The notes beneath the pieces are model-generated. The model did not search any database. It was given only the letters and a program-made list of their open reading frames with translations, and was not told the origin of the DNA. Shown here piece after piece: positions 8,995 to 19,335 of a DNA stretch of 64,000 nucleotides. The DNA comes from an uncultured Gemmatimonadales bacterium (GTDB taxonomy: Bacteria; Gemmatimonadota; Gemmatimonadetes; Gemmatimonadales; GWC2-71-9), in contig CAVVWJ010000002.1 in NCBI GenBank assembly GCA_963751925.1, positions 278,292 through 342,291 on the forward strand, read 5' to 3'. How positions within the stretch are numbered: the stretch's first letter is position 1; every line of letters starts with the position of its first letter. The translations under genes were made by a program, and so were the position numbers.

Positions 8995-9756
8995 ATGGCG
9001 AAGAAAACAGCGACCCCGAAGAAGAGCAGCAGAACACCCAAGGAAAGGCTCGCCCCAGAAGGCAAACTCGCCGAATATCGCCGCAAGCGAGACTTCTCCC
9101 TGACATCCGAGCCCCGGGGTGGCAGCACGCGTGCCGCCAAGAAGCTGGCGTTTGTCATCCAGAAGCACGCGGCCAGCCATCTGCACTACGATCTCAGGCT
9201 CGAGCTGGACGGCGTCATGAAAAGCTGGGCCGTCCCGAAAGGTCCCAGTCTGGACCCCGCAGTGAAGCGTCTCGCCATGCAAGTCGAAGATCACCCGATA
9301 GAGTACAACACATTCGAGGGGACGATCCCTCACGGTGAGTACGGTGGTGGCACCGTCATGCTGTGGGATCGGGGGACCTACGAATATGCCGGCGAGACTG
9401 ACGACCCTCTCGACGCGCTGAGGCGGTCCTATGCCAAAGGCGATTTCAAGTTCGTCCTCCACGGCAAGCGGCTACAGGGATCGTGGGTGCTGGTGCGGAC
9501 CCGCCGGGGCGAGTCCACCAAACCGCAGTGGCTCCTCATCAAGCATCGGGACGAGTATGCCATTCCGGGGTCGGACGTCGGATCTCAGTACGACACGTCC
9601 GTGACTACCGGGCGCACCATGGAGGAGATCGCCGGGGGGAGGAGTCGAATCTGGCGCTCGAATCGTCCACCCAAACAGAGTGCCGCTTCAGTGACCCGGC
9701 AGAGCGATGCGAAACCTCTGACCGCGTCGGAGCGGCTCAGGGCCCGCTTACGCTGA
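8995..9756 (+). CDS. LigD 3'-phosphoesterase (PE) domain protein with Lys-rich N-terminal tail
   Basis: YRRKRDFSLTSEPRG, FVIQKHAASHLHYDLRLELDGVMKSWAVPKGPSLDP and VEDHPIEYNTFEG are canonical LigD PE motifs. The N-terminus is MAKKTATPKKSSRTPKER. Confidence 0.85.
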   Translation: MAKKTATPKKSSRTPKERLAPEGKLAEYRRKRDFSLTSEPRGGSTRAAKKLAFVIQKHAASHLHYDLRLELDGVMKSWAVPKGPSLDPAVKRLAMQVEDHPIEYNTFEGTIPHGEYGGGTVMLWDRGTYEYAGETDDPLDALRRSYAKGDFKFVLHGKRLQGSWVLVRTRRGESTKPQWLLIKHRDEYAIPGSDVGSQYDTSVTTGRTMEEIAGGRSRIWRSNRPPKQSAASVTRQSDAKPLTASERLRARLR

Positions 9757-12475
9757 GCCGGAGCGGGTGGCTGTGCACGCCATCCGAGACCAGGAAGTCG
9801 AGCTGACGCGCATTGGTGCTCAGCCGAGCGCTGCCGCCCCGAGCGAATGAAAGCACCTCGCCACTCACAGCGTCGCGCACCATGATCATCGGTTGAGTAG
9901 CTGGGTTCCATCGAAGGATCACACCGGCTCCCTGACGCCGCGCCGTCGTTGGGACCGCGCTCGCCGCTTCTCCTTCCACTTGCGCCGCACTGGCCCGAGT
10001 GCTCGCCGCCACACCACCAGGACCCGACAACCTGAGATCCGTTAGGCGGGCCGCCTGGTTCGGCTGCAGTGGAACTGCAAACGCGAACGACCGGGTGCCC
10101 TGCGGATCGTCTGCAGCCGCCGCTGCGTCAAAGGACAGCGTAAAGAGTTGGCTGCCGTCGGCGGCAGTCCCGGAGACAGAGTACGGTCCTGGCGTGGCCG
10201 GAAGGCTGGGGCGAGTGACGATTTGGAAGGCGGGCTCCAGCACGGGGCGGCCGTTCACGATGCGGCCCCAGACCAGCAGCGTCGGCTGTTTGGCTCCCGC
10301 TGCCGCCGTGACGTTGTTCCGCCGAAAATCCTGGACTCTCCTATAGGTGTAGTCGCTGGTCCATGGATTCTTGCAGTAGCCCATGATGTCGGGTGTCGAA
10401 AGATTCTTGAGCGCTGTGCTCGCCACATCGACCCCGAAGACTCCGATGTTCCCGCTGCCGTAAGGGTAGTTCGGATCCACGTTGGGCGGACTGCCGCACG
10501 GAGTGTGCTGCTCACCCCAGATGTGGCCCAGCTCGTGAGCCACCACCCGGCTCACGTCAGCTGCATCGTCCCACCCGAGAGCCGTCTGTGCGGTTGGGAC
10601 TCCCGGGAAAGCCAGGCCGACGATTCCCGAGGTGTAGCCCACCTTTGCAATGCCGAAGTAGATGTCGTTCGATCCATCCATCACCCGCAGGGCATCCAGA
10701 TCACTCAGCATCTGTGCCCATCCGCTACCGTCCGCCTGGAGCGGATCGCTGGTGGACACGAACACTGGGTGAACCGCCGTGGTAACTGAATTCAGCGGGT
10801 ACATGCGGCGAGCCAGCTGGACCAACTGGTCCTTGTTTGCATTGCTGACGTTGCCGGGTCCGTTGCCGCCCTGATCGATCGGCACGAACCTGATGTTCGC
10901 GGCCGGTGCGGTCTGGACCGTAAACGCTTGGGGTCCCGCGGCAGGGAAGCTGTTGTCGCCCTCGTTGCTCTCGGTGGTGGTGTTGGCCGGGTCCACCTCG
11001 GCCCGAACAGTAAGGCCCGAGTGGACCAGCGATGCCGGCACTCGAAGATTCCAGGAGCTGCCCAGCGTGCCCTCCTGTACGCTGGTGGGTGTTGAGCTGC
11101 CGGGCGCCTTGATGGTGAATGGGGTCGCTTGGCCGCTCACCACAACCCGCACATCGGGCTTGAGGCTATTCGTGGTGCTGGCTACGACGAAGACGCGGAG
11201 GTACGCATCGCGGCCGCTGACCAGCGGAATATCACCGGCAGCGCTCTGAGTGCTTTGGGTGAGCTGGATGCGAGCGATCTGCAGATTCACGGAAGGCGCT
11301 GCCGCCGAATAGGTCACGGTTGCGGTGGCGGTTGCGCCGGCGGTGACTGCCGCCGTTTGGCGATCAGGGGCGGGGTTGTATGTGGTCCCCCCGCTGGTCG
11401 CGGCTTTGGCGGCGATGGTGTAGTTGCCCGCGGCCAGGCCATCCAGGGTCGTTGTTGCGGTCACGGCGCGAGAAAAGCTTGCCGGGCCGGTCACCGTGAT
11501 TGCGGCCGAGGTACCCGTGGGAAGGCCCGACACAGTCAGTGTGAGGCCGCCCGTGGTGGCGGCGCAGGTGATGGCGAACGCTGTGGTCGCTGTTTGACCC
11601 TGGGTGACGGCCACATTGCGCGGATTGTCCCCAGCCACTTTGCAGTTGGAGCTGGCGCCGCTCAGGCGAACGCTGTGCGTCCCCACTGACAACCCAGACA
11701 CCGTCAGGTTGGAGTTGATCCCGAGGGCCTGTCCGGCTCCGACGTCGACGCTGATGCTGTAGCCGTCCGGATCTGGTGGCGCGCCGGAGGTCGAGCTGGT
11801 GACTTGAATGCTGCCAGTGCCGGGCTGGATCGTGGTGCACGCCACGGCAAACGATGCGGTGACCGTCTGACCACCGACCGCCGAAAAGCGCAGAGGATTG
11901 TCGCCGCTCACCTGGCAATTGGCTGCGAGCCCACTCAGGCCGACCGAGTGCTCGCCGGGTGTGAGTCCGGTGATGGCGAGGGTCTCTCCGGTGCCGATCG
12001 GGCCGCGTGCGACCTCGTCGATAGAGAGGGTGTAGCCGTCCGCGTCAGGGCTTGGTCCGCTACTGGTAGTGACCACGGTGAGCGTGGCGGTGCTCGGGGC
12101 ACAATTCACAGCGAACGTCAGGGTCGCGGTTGCGTTTGGGCCGGTGGTCACGGCCTTGGGATTGTCGCCGTCTACCGCGCAGTTGGCGGCAATGCCGCTG
12201 AGCGTCACCGTGTGCGCCCCATCCGCTAGCCGGTCGACCGTCACACTGGCGCTCGCGCCGATCGTCTGGCCAGGAAGGTTGTCGACCGCCATGGAGTAGC
12301 CGTCGGAGTCGAGCTCGACGCCGGTAGTGCTAGTCGTCACGGTGAGCGACGGCAGCACGACGTCCGTGCCTCCGCCGCCACCACAGGCAACTGTGGCGAG
12401 AGGGACGATCCAGCGAACCAGGGTGCCGAGGCACAGGCGAGAGGGTCGGACAGGGGGCATGATGCTGCCCTCCAA
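9737..12475 (-). CDS. secreted metzincin-type zinc metalloprotease with N-terminal tandem Ig-like repeats (probable lipoprotein)
   Basis: Signal sequence and Cys at ...PLATVACGGGGG. Three ~85-aa repeats share DxDGY...LSG(I/L/A)AxNC...GDNP. The metzincin signature HELGHIWGEQH is encoded at comp. 10505-10537. Confidence 0.8.
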   Translation of the reverse strand: MEGSIMPPVRPSRLCLGTLVRWIVPLATVACGGGGGTDVVLPSLTVTTSTTGVELDSDGYSMAVDNLPGQTIGASASVTVDRLADGAHTVTLSGIAANCAVDGDNPKAVTTGPNATATLTFAVNCAPSTATLTVVTTSSGPSPDADGYTLSIDEVARGPIGTGETLAITGLTPGEHSVGLSGLAANCQVSGDNPLRFSAVGGQTVTASFAVACTTIQPGTGSIQVTSSTSGAPPDPDGYSISVDVGAGQALGINSNLTVSGLSVGTHSVRLSGASSNCKVAGDNPRNVAVTQGQTATTAFAITCAATTGGLTLTVSGLPTGTSAAITVTGPASFSRAVTATTTLDGLAAGNYTIAAKAATSGGTTYNPAPDRQTAAVTAGATATATVTYSAAAPSVNLQIARIQLTQSTQSAAGDIPLVSGRDAYLRVFVVASTTNSLKPDVRVVVSGQATPFTIKAPGSSTPTSVQEGTLGSSWNLRVPASLVHSGLTVRAEVDPANTTTESNEGDNSFPAAGPQAFTVQTAPAANIRFVPIDQGGNGPGNVSNANKDQLVQLARRMYPLNSVTTAVHPVFVSTSDPLQADGSGWAQMLSDLDALRVMDGSNDIYFGIAKVGYTSGIVGLAFPGVPTAQTALGWDDAADVSRVVAHELGHIWGEQHTPCGSPPNVDPNYPYGSGNIGVFGVDVASTALKNLSTPDIMGYCKNPWTSDYTYRRVQDFRRNNVTAAAGAKQPTLLVWGRIVNGRPVLEPAFQIVTRPSLPATPGPYSVSGTAADGSQLFTLSFDAAAAADDPQGTRSFAFAVPLQPNQAARLTDLRLSGPGGVAASTRASAAQVEGEAASAVPTTARRQGAGVILRWNPATQPMIMVRDAVSGEVLSFARGGSARLSTNARQLDFLVSDGVHSHPLRLSVSGP
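11564..12349 (-). repeat. three tandem ~255-bp coding repeats (Ig-like/beta-sandwich modules) inside the metzincin gene
   Basis: Repeat units lie at about aa 43-125, 129-213 and 221-304. They share TxxTTGxxxDxDGYxxxVD...HxVxLSGxAxNCxVxGDNP...TFAVxC. Confidence 0.8.
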
Positions 12476-12792
12476 GGGGGAGCCAGGGGGGGACCCGGCA
12501 GCTTCAAAGGAATCGCAACCCGCTCAACAATTCAAGGCGGCGGGCTTCAAATTCAGAATTAAGGAAGGGCGGTCAGAGCCAGCGTTCGCCCCGCAGAGAC
12601 GTGCTATTGCGCGTTTCAACGAGGTACGTACATTGGAGAATCTCAGATCTCCTCACCGCCAGTATTGCAGATATAAATGCCTTCAAAGTCTTTGTTCTAT
12701 CGTCCTACGAATCGTCCGCCTGTCGCCAGGAATGGCGGCCGCCGGGATTGTCCCTGTCTCAACTACAACTTGAACCAGTTCTTGACAGTATG

Positions 12793-12828
12793 AGCGCCTC
12801 GATTGAATCGAGGCGCTTCTTATTTCCC
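12793..12828 (+). terminator. perfect 11/12-bp stem hairpin followed by a T-rich run, in the 5' leader of the subtilisin gene (attenuator or terminator-like)
   Basis: aGCGCCTCGATTgAATCGAGGCGCt at 12793-12817, followed by TCTTATTTCC. It lies about 30-65 nt upstream of ATG 12860 and directly downstream of a TTGACA hexamer (12782-12787). Confidence 0.45.
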
Positions 12829-12859
12829 CGCGGTACCCACTCCTTCCACTGAGGCGCCT

Positions 12860-14233
12860 ATGAAACACGTGCTCTACCCTACAATGGGACTCGCTTTCGC
12901 ATGCGTGCTTGCGTCAGGGTGTAGTGAGCCCGCAATGAGCCCGGATCACGCACCGGTTCGCGCCAGCATGGCCAATGCTTCGGTGGTCACAGACAAGCAC
13001 ATCATCAGCATGAAGGGCAGCGTGCCGTCAGACTTCGCGGCTCGGGTAGCTGCCAAAGGCGGGAAGCTGGAGAAGGTCTTCAAGGAGATAAACGTGGCGG
13101 TGACCAAGGGCCTCTCCGATGCGGACGCCCAGGCGCTGGCGGGCCCCAGCGCCGATGTCATGAGGGATGTGTCACGGCAGATGGTGCCGACATTGGAGCA
13201 GGCTGAAGGTTCAATCAAGAGCTTGCCAGATGGGTTCGTTCCCGATTTCACCGCCAAGTCACCGCTGACCGCCGCGTTCTTGGCTGAGCAGTGGGATATG
13301 CACAAGATCCAAGCGCCAGAGGCATGGGCTACTGGCAGATCGGGTATTCCCTCGGTCCGTGTAGCCATCCTCGATACCGGTCTCGATCCGGATCACATCG
13401 ACCAAACCGGGACCGTCATCGATCAGGCGAGCAGCATCGCCTTCGCGCCTTCGGTTGCAGGACCACCGGAATGGGCGGACGACCACTTCCACGGCACCCA
13501 TGTGGGCGGAACGGTCACCACCAACAACATCGGCACGGCGGGTGTCGCCCCCAACGTCACGCTGATCGCCGTGAAAGTGCTCGACTTCACCGGCTTCGGT
13601 TCGGACGCACAAGTCATCGCCGGCATCATTCACGCTACCAATGTCGGTGCACAGGTGATCAACATGAGTCTCGGCGAGTATGGACCGAAGAATGATGCAT
13701 CACCGCCGACCCACACCGCGTTTAACCGAGCCATCAACTACGCTCACAGTCACGGCGTGCTTGTGGTGTCATCAGCCGGCAATGATGACATCGACTTGCA
13801 GCACGACGGCAACAACATCTCGCTTCCATGTGAGGCGGGCGTTGGGATGTGCATTTCCGCGACCGGTCCGGAAGACCTGAAGGCCTCGTACTCGAACTAT
13901 GGCACCAACGCAATCAATGTCGCGGCGCCCGGTGGCGACTTTGGCGACCCCGCTACACACTTTGTTCTAAGCCCGTGCAGTAGTCGCAGCGTGAACCCCG
14001 CACTAGCCGCCTGCAAGACTAAGAATCGTTATCTGTTTGTTATCGGAACTAGCCAAGCCGCTCCCCATGTCTCGGGTCTGGCCGCGTATCTTGACTCGCA
14101 GTTCGGTGGAACGGCAAAGCCCTCCCAGCTGCTCACTCGCATTCAACAGGGGGCTGATGACATCGGGAAGCCCGGCACCGATCCGTTCTTCGGGAAAGGG
14201 CGCATCAACGTGCTCACGACGCTAACGAAATAG
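12860..14233 (+). CDS. S8 subtilisin-family serine protease (secreted lipoprotein)
   Basis: MKHVLYPTMGLAFACVLASGC signal with lipobox. Catalytic triad motifs: VAILDTGLD (Asp), HGTHVGGT (His), GTSQAAPHVSG (Ser). An N-terminal inhibitor-I9-like propeptide region is present. Confidence 0.9.
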   Translation: MKHVLYPTMGLAFACVLASGCSEPAMSPDHAPVRASMANASVVTDKHIISMKGSVPSDFAARVAAKGGKLEKVFKEINVAVTKGLSDADAQALAGPSADVMRDVSRQMVPTLEQAEGSIKSLPDGFVPDFTAKSPLTAAFLAEQWDMHKIQAPEAWATGRSGIPSVRVAILDTGLDPDHIDQTGTVIDQASSIAFAPSVAGPPEWADDHFHGTHVGGTVTTNNIGTAGVAPNVTLIAVKVLDFTGFGSDAQVIAGIIHATNVGAQVINMSLGEYGPKNDASPPTHTAFNRAINYAHSHGVLVVSSAGNDDIDLQHDGNNISLPCEAGVGMCISATGPEDLKASYSNYGTNAINVAAPGGDFGDPATHFVLSPCSSRSVNPALAACKTKNRYLFVIGTSQAAPHVSGLAAYLDSQFGGTAKPSQLLTRIQQGADDIGKPGTDPFFGKGRINVLTTLTK

Positions 14234-14255
14234 TTTCTCCGCAGATCCGAGATTC

Positions 14256-14288
14256 ATACGGGCGAGGGTCCTAAACTCTCGCCCGTAT
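14256..14288 (+). terminator. stem-loop after the subtilisin gene (11-bp perfect stem, no U-tract)
   Basis: ATACGGGCGAG-ggtcctaaact-CTCGCCCGTAT, 23 nt after the stop codon. Confidence 0.4.
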
Positions 14289-14316
14289 CTCGTCCGGCCC
14301 TGCTTAAGTTCTCTGC

Positions 14317-15639
14317 ATGACCTTGCTCGATCGCTTCCGGCAACATCTGGGTACCCTGCAGCTATCACCCGGCCCCGCTCTGGTCCCGGTATCCGGTGGC
14401 CCGGACTCGGTCGCCCTGCTGGACCTTCTGGTCACCACTCGCGAGACCCACCGACACGACCTCATCGTGGCTCACGCCGACCACGGCATTCACCCGGACA
14501 GCAGCCTCGTCGCGGATCAGGTTCGAGCCCTGGCCGACCGATTTCATCTGCCCTTTGAAACCACTCGGCTCGGTCTCGGGGCGAACGCCAGCGAGACCGC
14601 CGCCCGGACAGCGAGATATGACTGGCTCGAAGTCACCCGCGAGCGACTGCAGGCGCGCTACATCGTCACCGCCCACCACGCCGACGACCAGGTCGAAACC
14701 GTGCTGATGCGGGTACTGGCCGGTTCCGGTCCGGCCGGACTCGCGGGCATGGCCCCCATCACCGGCACACTGGTCCGGCCGCTGCTCCCGTTTGGGCACG
14801 GGGAGCTGCTGCAGCACCTCGAGGAGAGGGGACTCACCGCCTGGACCGATCCCGCCAATAGCGATCCACGCCACCTCCGCTCCTGGATCCGGACTGAGCT
14901 CCTTCCCACCATTCGCGCGCGGCTCCCCGACGTTGATGCCAAGCTCCAGCGGACCGGTCGTCAAGCGGGCAAAGACAGAGCTGCATGGGATGAACTGCTG
15001 GACCAGTTGCCCGGCCTCGATCTCCGGCCCGAATACGACGGCATTTCCGTTGCTGCCCCCGTACTCGCGGGCTATGATTCGTCATTAGTCCAGGCAGTCA
15101 TTTGCGCAATCGCACGGCGGGCGGGGTGTCGTCTCGGTCCGGCGCGGTTCACCCGAGTTCTCGAGCTGCTGAGCAGCGGTTCCAGCGGTGATCGGGTTCC
15201 CTTGGGCGGGCAGTGGACTGGGGAGCTGACGTTCGGCCGTTTGCGCCTCGTTCAGAGTGAAGCTCAGGAGCCCGCTGACTCGTGGTCTCTGGCCGGTAAC
15301 GCCGGGCGGGGTGCGTGGGGTCGATGGCGCTTTCGGTGGGAGTTGGGCACCGTGCCTCAGGAACAGACTCGGTCAGGCATGAGGGCATGGTTCACCCCCT
15401 CGCCGATCACCGTCCGGTCGTGGGTTCCCGGCGAGAAGCTCAAACCCCTCGGAGGAACCGGTCGCCGGCTGATCGTGCGCTGCTTTCAGGAGGAACGGGT
15501 ACCCCGCGCGCTCAGGGGTGCCTGGCCGGTGCTGGCGCAGGGTGAGGAAGTCATGTGGGTGCCGGGCGTCTGTCGCTCCGATGCCCGGGTACCGAGTCCG
15601 GGAACGGAGGCGCTACGGGTCGATGCTGAGTACGCCTGA
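14317..15639 (+). CDS. tilS: tRNA(Ile)-lysidine synthetase
   Basis: PP-loop VPVSGGPDSVALLDLL and TAHHADDQVETVLMRV, plus a TilS C-terminal domain. It sits upstream of hpt-ftsH, which is the conserved arrangement. Confidence 0.85.
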   Translation: MTLLDRFRQHLGTLQLSPGPALVPVSGGPDSVALLDLLVTTRETHRHDLIVAHADHGIHPDSSLVADQVRALADRFHLPFETTRLGLGANASETAARTARYDWLEVTRERLQARYIVTAHHADDQVETVLMRVLAGSGPAGLAGMAPITGTLVRPLLPFGHGELLQHLEERGLTAWTDPANSDPRHLRSWIRTELLPTIRARLPDVDAKLQRTGRQAGKDRAAWDELLDQLPGLDLRPEYDGISVAAPVLAGYDSSLVQAVICAIARRAGCRLGPARFTRVLELLSSGSSGDRVPLGGQWTGELTFGRLRLVQSEAQEPADSWSLAGNAGRGAWGRWRFRWELGTVPQEQTRSGMRAWFTPSPITVRSWVPGEKLKPLGGTGRRLIVRCFQEERVPRALRGAWPVLAQGEEVMWVPGVCRSDARVPSPGTEALRVDAEYA

Positions 15640-16177
15640 GGTGCTTCGCCGGACCGGAGGACGGCCGGTCAAGTCAATTGTTTTCGACCAGCAAACGATC
15701 GCAGCGCGGGTTCAGTCGCTCGCCAGTGAGATCACCCAGGCGTATCCCGAGGGCGACCTTCTGGTTCTCGGCCTCCTCAAAGGAAGCTTCATCTTCCTGA
15801 GTGATCTGGTTCGATGCATCGAGCGGCCGATGCAGGTGGATTTCCTGGTGGCGAGCTCGTACGGGAACAAGAAGGTCTCCAGCGGAACGGTCCGGCTGGT
15901 CTACGACCCGGAAACTCGGCTCGAGGGCAAACATATCCTGCTGGTTGAGGATATTATTGATACAGGTAAGACGCTGCAGCGCCTGATGGTGCTGCTCGGT
16001 GCGCGGCAGCCGCGGAGCCTCGCCATTTGCGCGCTCCTGGACAAACAACTGGCACCCGAGCCTCGCCCTGAGCTCCGATTCGTGGGCTTCCGGGCACCCC
16101 CGGCGTTTCTGGTGGGCTACGGGCTCGACCACGCCGAGAACTATCGTCATCTCCCGTTCATTGCGGACCTGGAATAA
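15623..16177 (+). CDS. hpt: hypoxanthine phosphoribosyltransferase
   Basis: LVLGLLKGSFIFLSDL, the PRPP motif HILLVEDIIDTGKTL, and FVVGYGLD. ATG 15623 is preferred over the 15518 extension, which overlaps tilS. Confidence 0.9.
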   Translation: MLSTPEVLRRTGGRPVKSIVFDQQTIAARVQSLASEITQAYPEGDLLVLGLLKGSFIFLSDLVRCIERPMQVDFLVASSYGNKKVSSGTVRLVYDPETRLEGKHILLVEDIIDTGKTLQRLMVLLGARQPRSLAICALLDKQLAPEPRPELRFVGFRAPPAFLVGYGLDHAENYRHLPFIADLE

Positions 16178-18162
<1,985 letters not shown>

Positions 18163-18166
<4 letters not shown>

Positions 18167-19335
18167 ATGTCACGCCGCTGGCGCTCCACTCGCCGAGGGC
18201 GGTGGGCGATGCCCTCCGCTCCCACGGGTGGGAAGAGGCGCTAGCGGATACGGCGGCTGAGGGAATCCATACCACAGCATTTCATCTGACCGGACTGGAC
18301 CAGGGAGCCCTCGAAGCCCTGGTCCCTTTCGCAGGTGGCCTCGGTCTCGAGGTGCTCACCGGCGATAGCTGGGCCATTCTCGCGGGCAGCAGGTCGCGCC
18401 TGAGCGCGATCGCGCGGCCCTGGTCGGTGCCAGCGCCGCTCGCCGAGGTCGCCACTGGTATCGGACTCGCAATGCCGTCCGAGCCTGCCACTGTCTGGCA
18501 GACGGCTCGCGGTCCTGTCGCGCTCGACCGGCCGGTCCTCGTCGGTATCCTCAACGTCACCCCGGACAGCTTCAGCGATGGCGGCCGGTTCACCAACGTG
18601 GATACCGCGCTTGCTCATGCGGAAACCCTCTTGCGGGATGGCGCCACCATCCTGGACGTCGGCGGCGAGTCCACTCGGCCCGGACGCACCGAGGAGGTTG
18701 CTCAGGAAGAGGAGCTGCGCCGCGTGGTGCCCGTGATCGAGGCACTGGTCCGCGCTTTTCCTTCACTGCTCCTCTCCATTGACACGGTCAAGGCTGTGGT
18801 GGCTCGCGCGGCTCTCGAGGCCGGCGCCGCGATCGTCAACGATGTCTCTGCCCTCAGGCTCGATCCCGCACTCGGAGCTACAGTCGCCGCGGCCGGCGCA
18901 GGGCTCATCCTCATGCATTCACGAGGATCGATCCTCGAGGTCGCGTCCTATACTCACGCCGACTACGGCGGCGATGTGGTCGGGCGAGTTCTGGCTGAGT
19001 TACGGCAAGCGCTGGAGGTGGCTTCGGCGGCGGGGGTCGGCGCTGAGGCGACGGTGATCGATCCGGGATTTGGTTTTTCCAAAACGGTGGATCAGAACGT
19101 CACGCTGTTCGATCAATTGCCGGCCTTGCTGGCGCTGGGGCGTCCGATTCTGGTGGGCCCGTCCCGGAAGCGGTTTCTCGGGTCTCTGGCCAATCTCCCG
19201 GTAGAGGACCGCGACCGAGCCACCGCTACCGCTTGCGCCTTGGCTTATGAAAGAGGCGCGAGTCTCTTCCGCATACACGCGGTGGATGCCGCTCGTGAGG
19301 CACTGGCGATCGCCCAAGTGGTCAGAGGACCCTAG
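18163..19335 (+). CDS. folP: dihydropteroate synthase with ~125-aa N-terminal extension
   Basis: DHPS core [54 protein letters not shown]. The N-terminal 125 aa are not part of a canonical DHPS. Confidence 0.9.

Noticed and set aside
12601-12852. 83-aa ORF inside the metzincin/subtilisin intergenic spacer, and the 148-aa ORF at 12327-12773.
   Set aside because: No RBS and no motifs. The composition is unlike neighbouring genes, and one overlaps the metzincin start. The region is treated as non-coding leader/promoter DNA instead.
15518-15622. N-terminal extensions offered by the ORF track for hpt (15518), lspA (27214), cheW (28764), TPR-Roadblock (35719), mglA (37459), murE (52253), murD (56393), the SGNH hydrolase (5457) and others.
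   Set aside because: The extensions overlap the preceding gene by 100-250 nt and translate to Arg/Pro-rich junk. They precede an internal start that matches the N-terminus expected from homologues.
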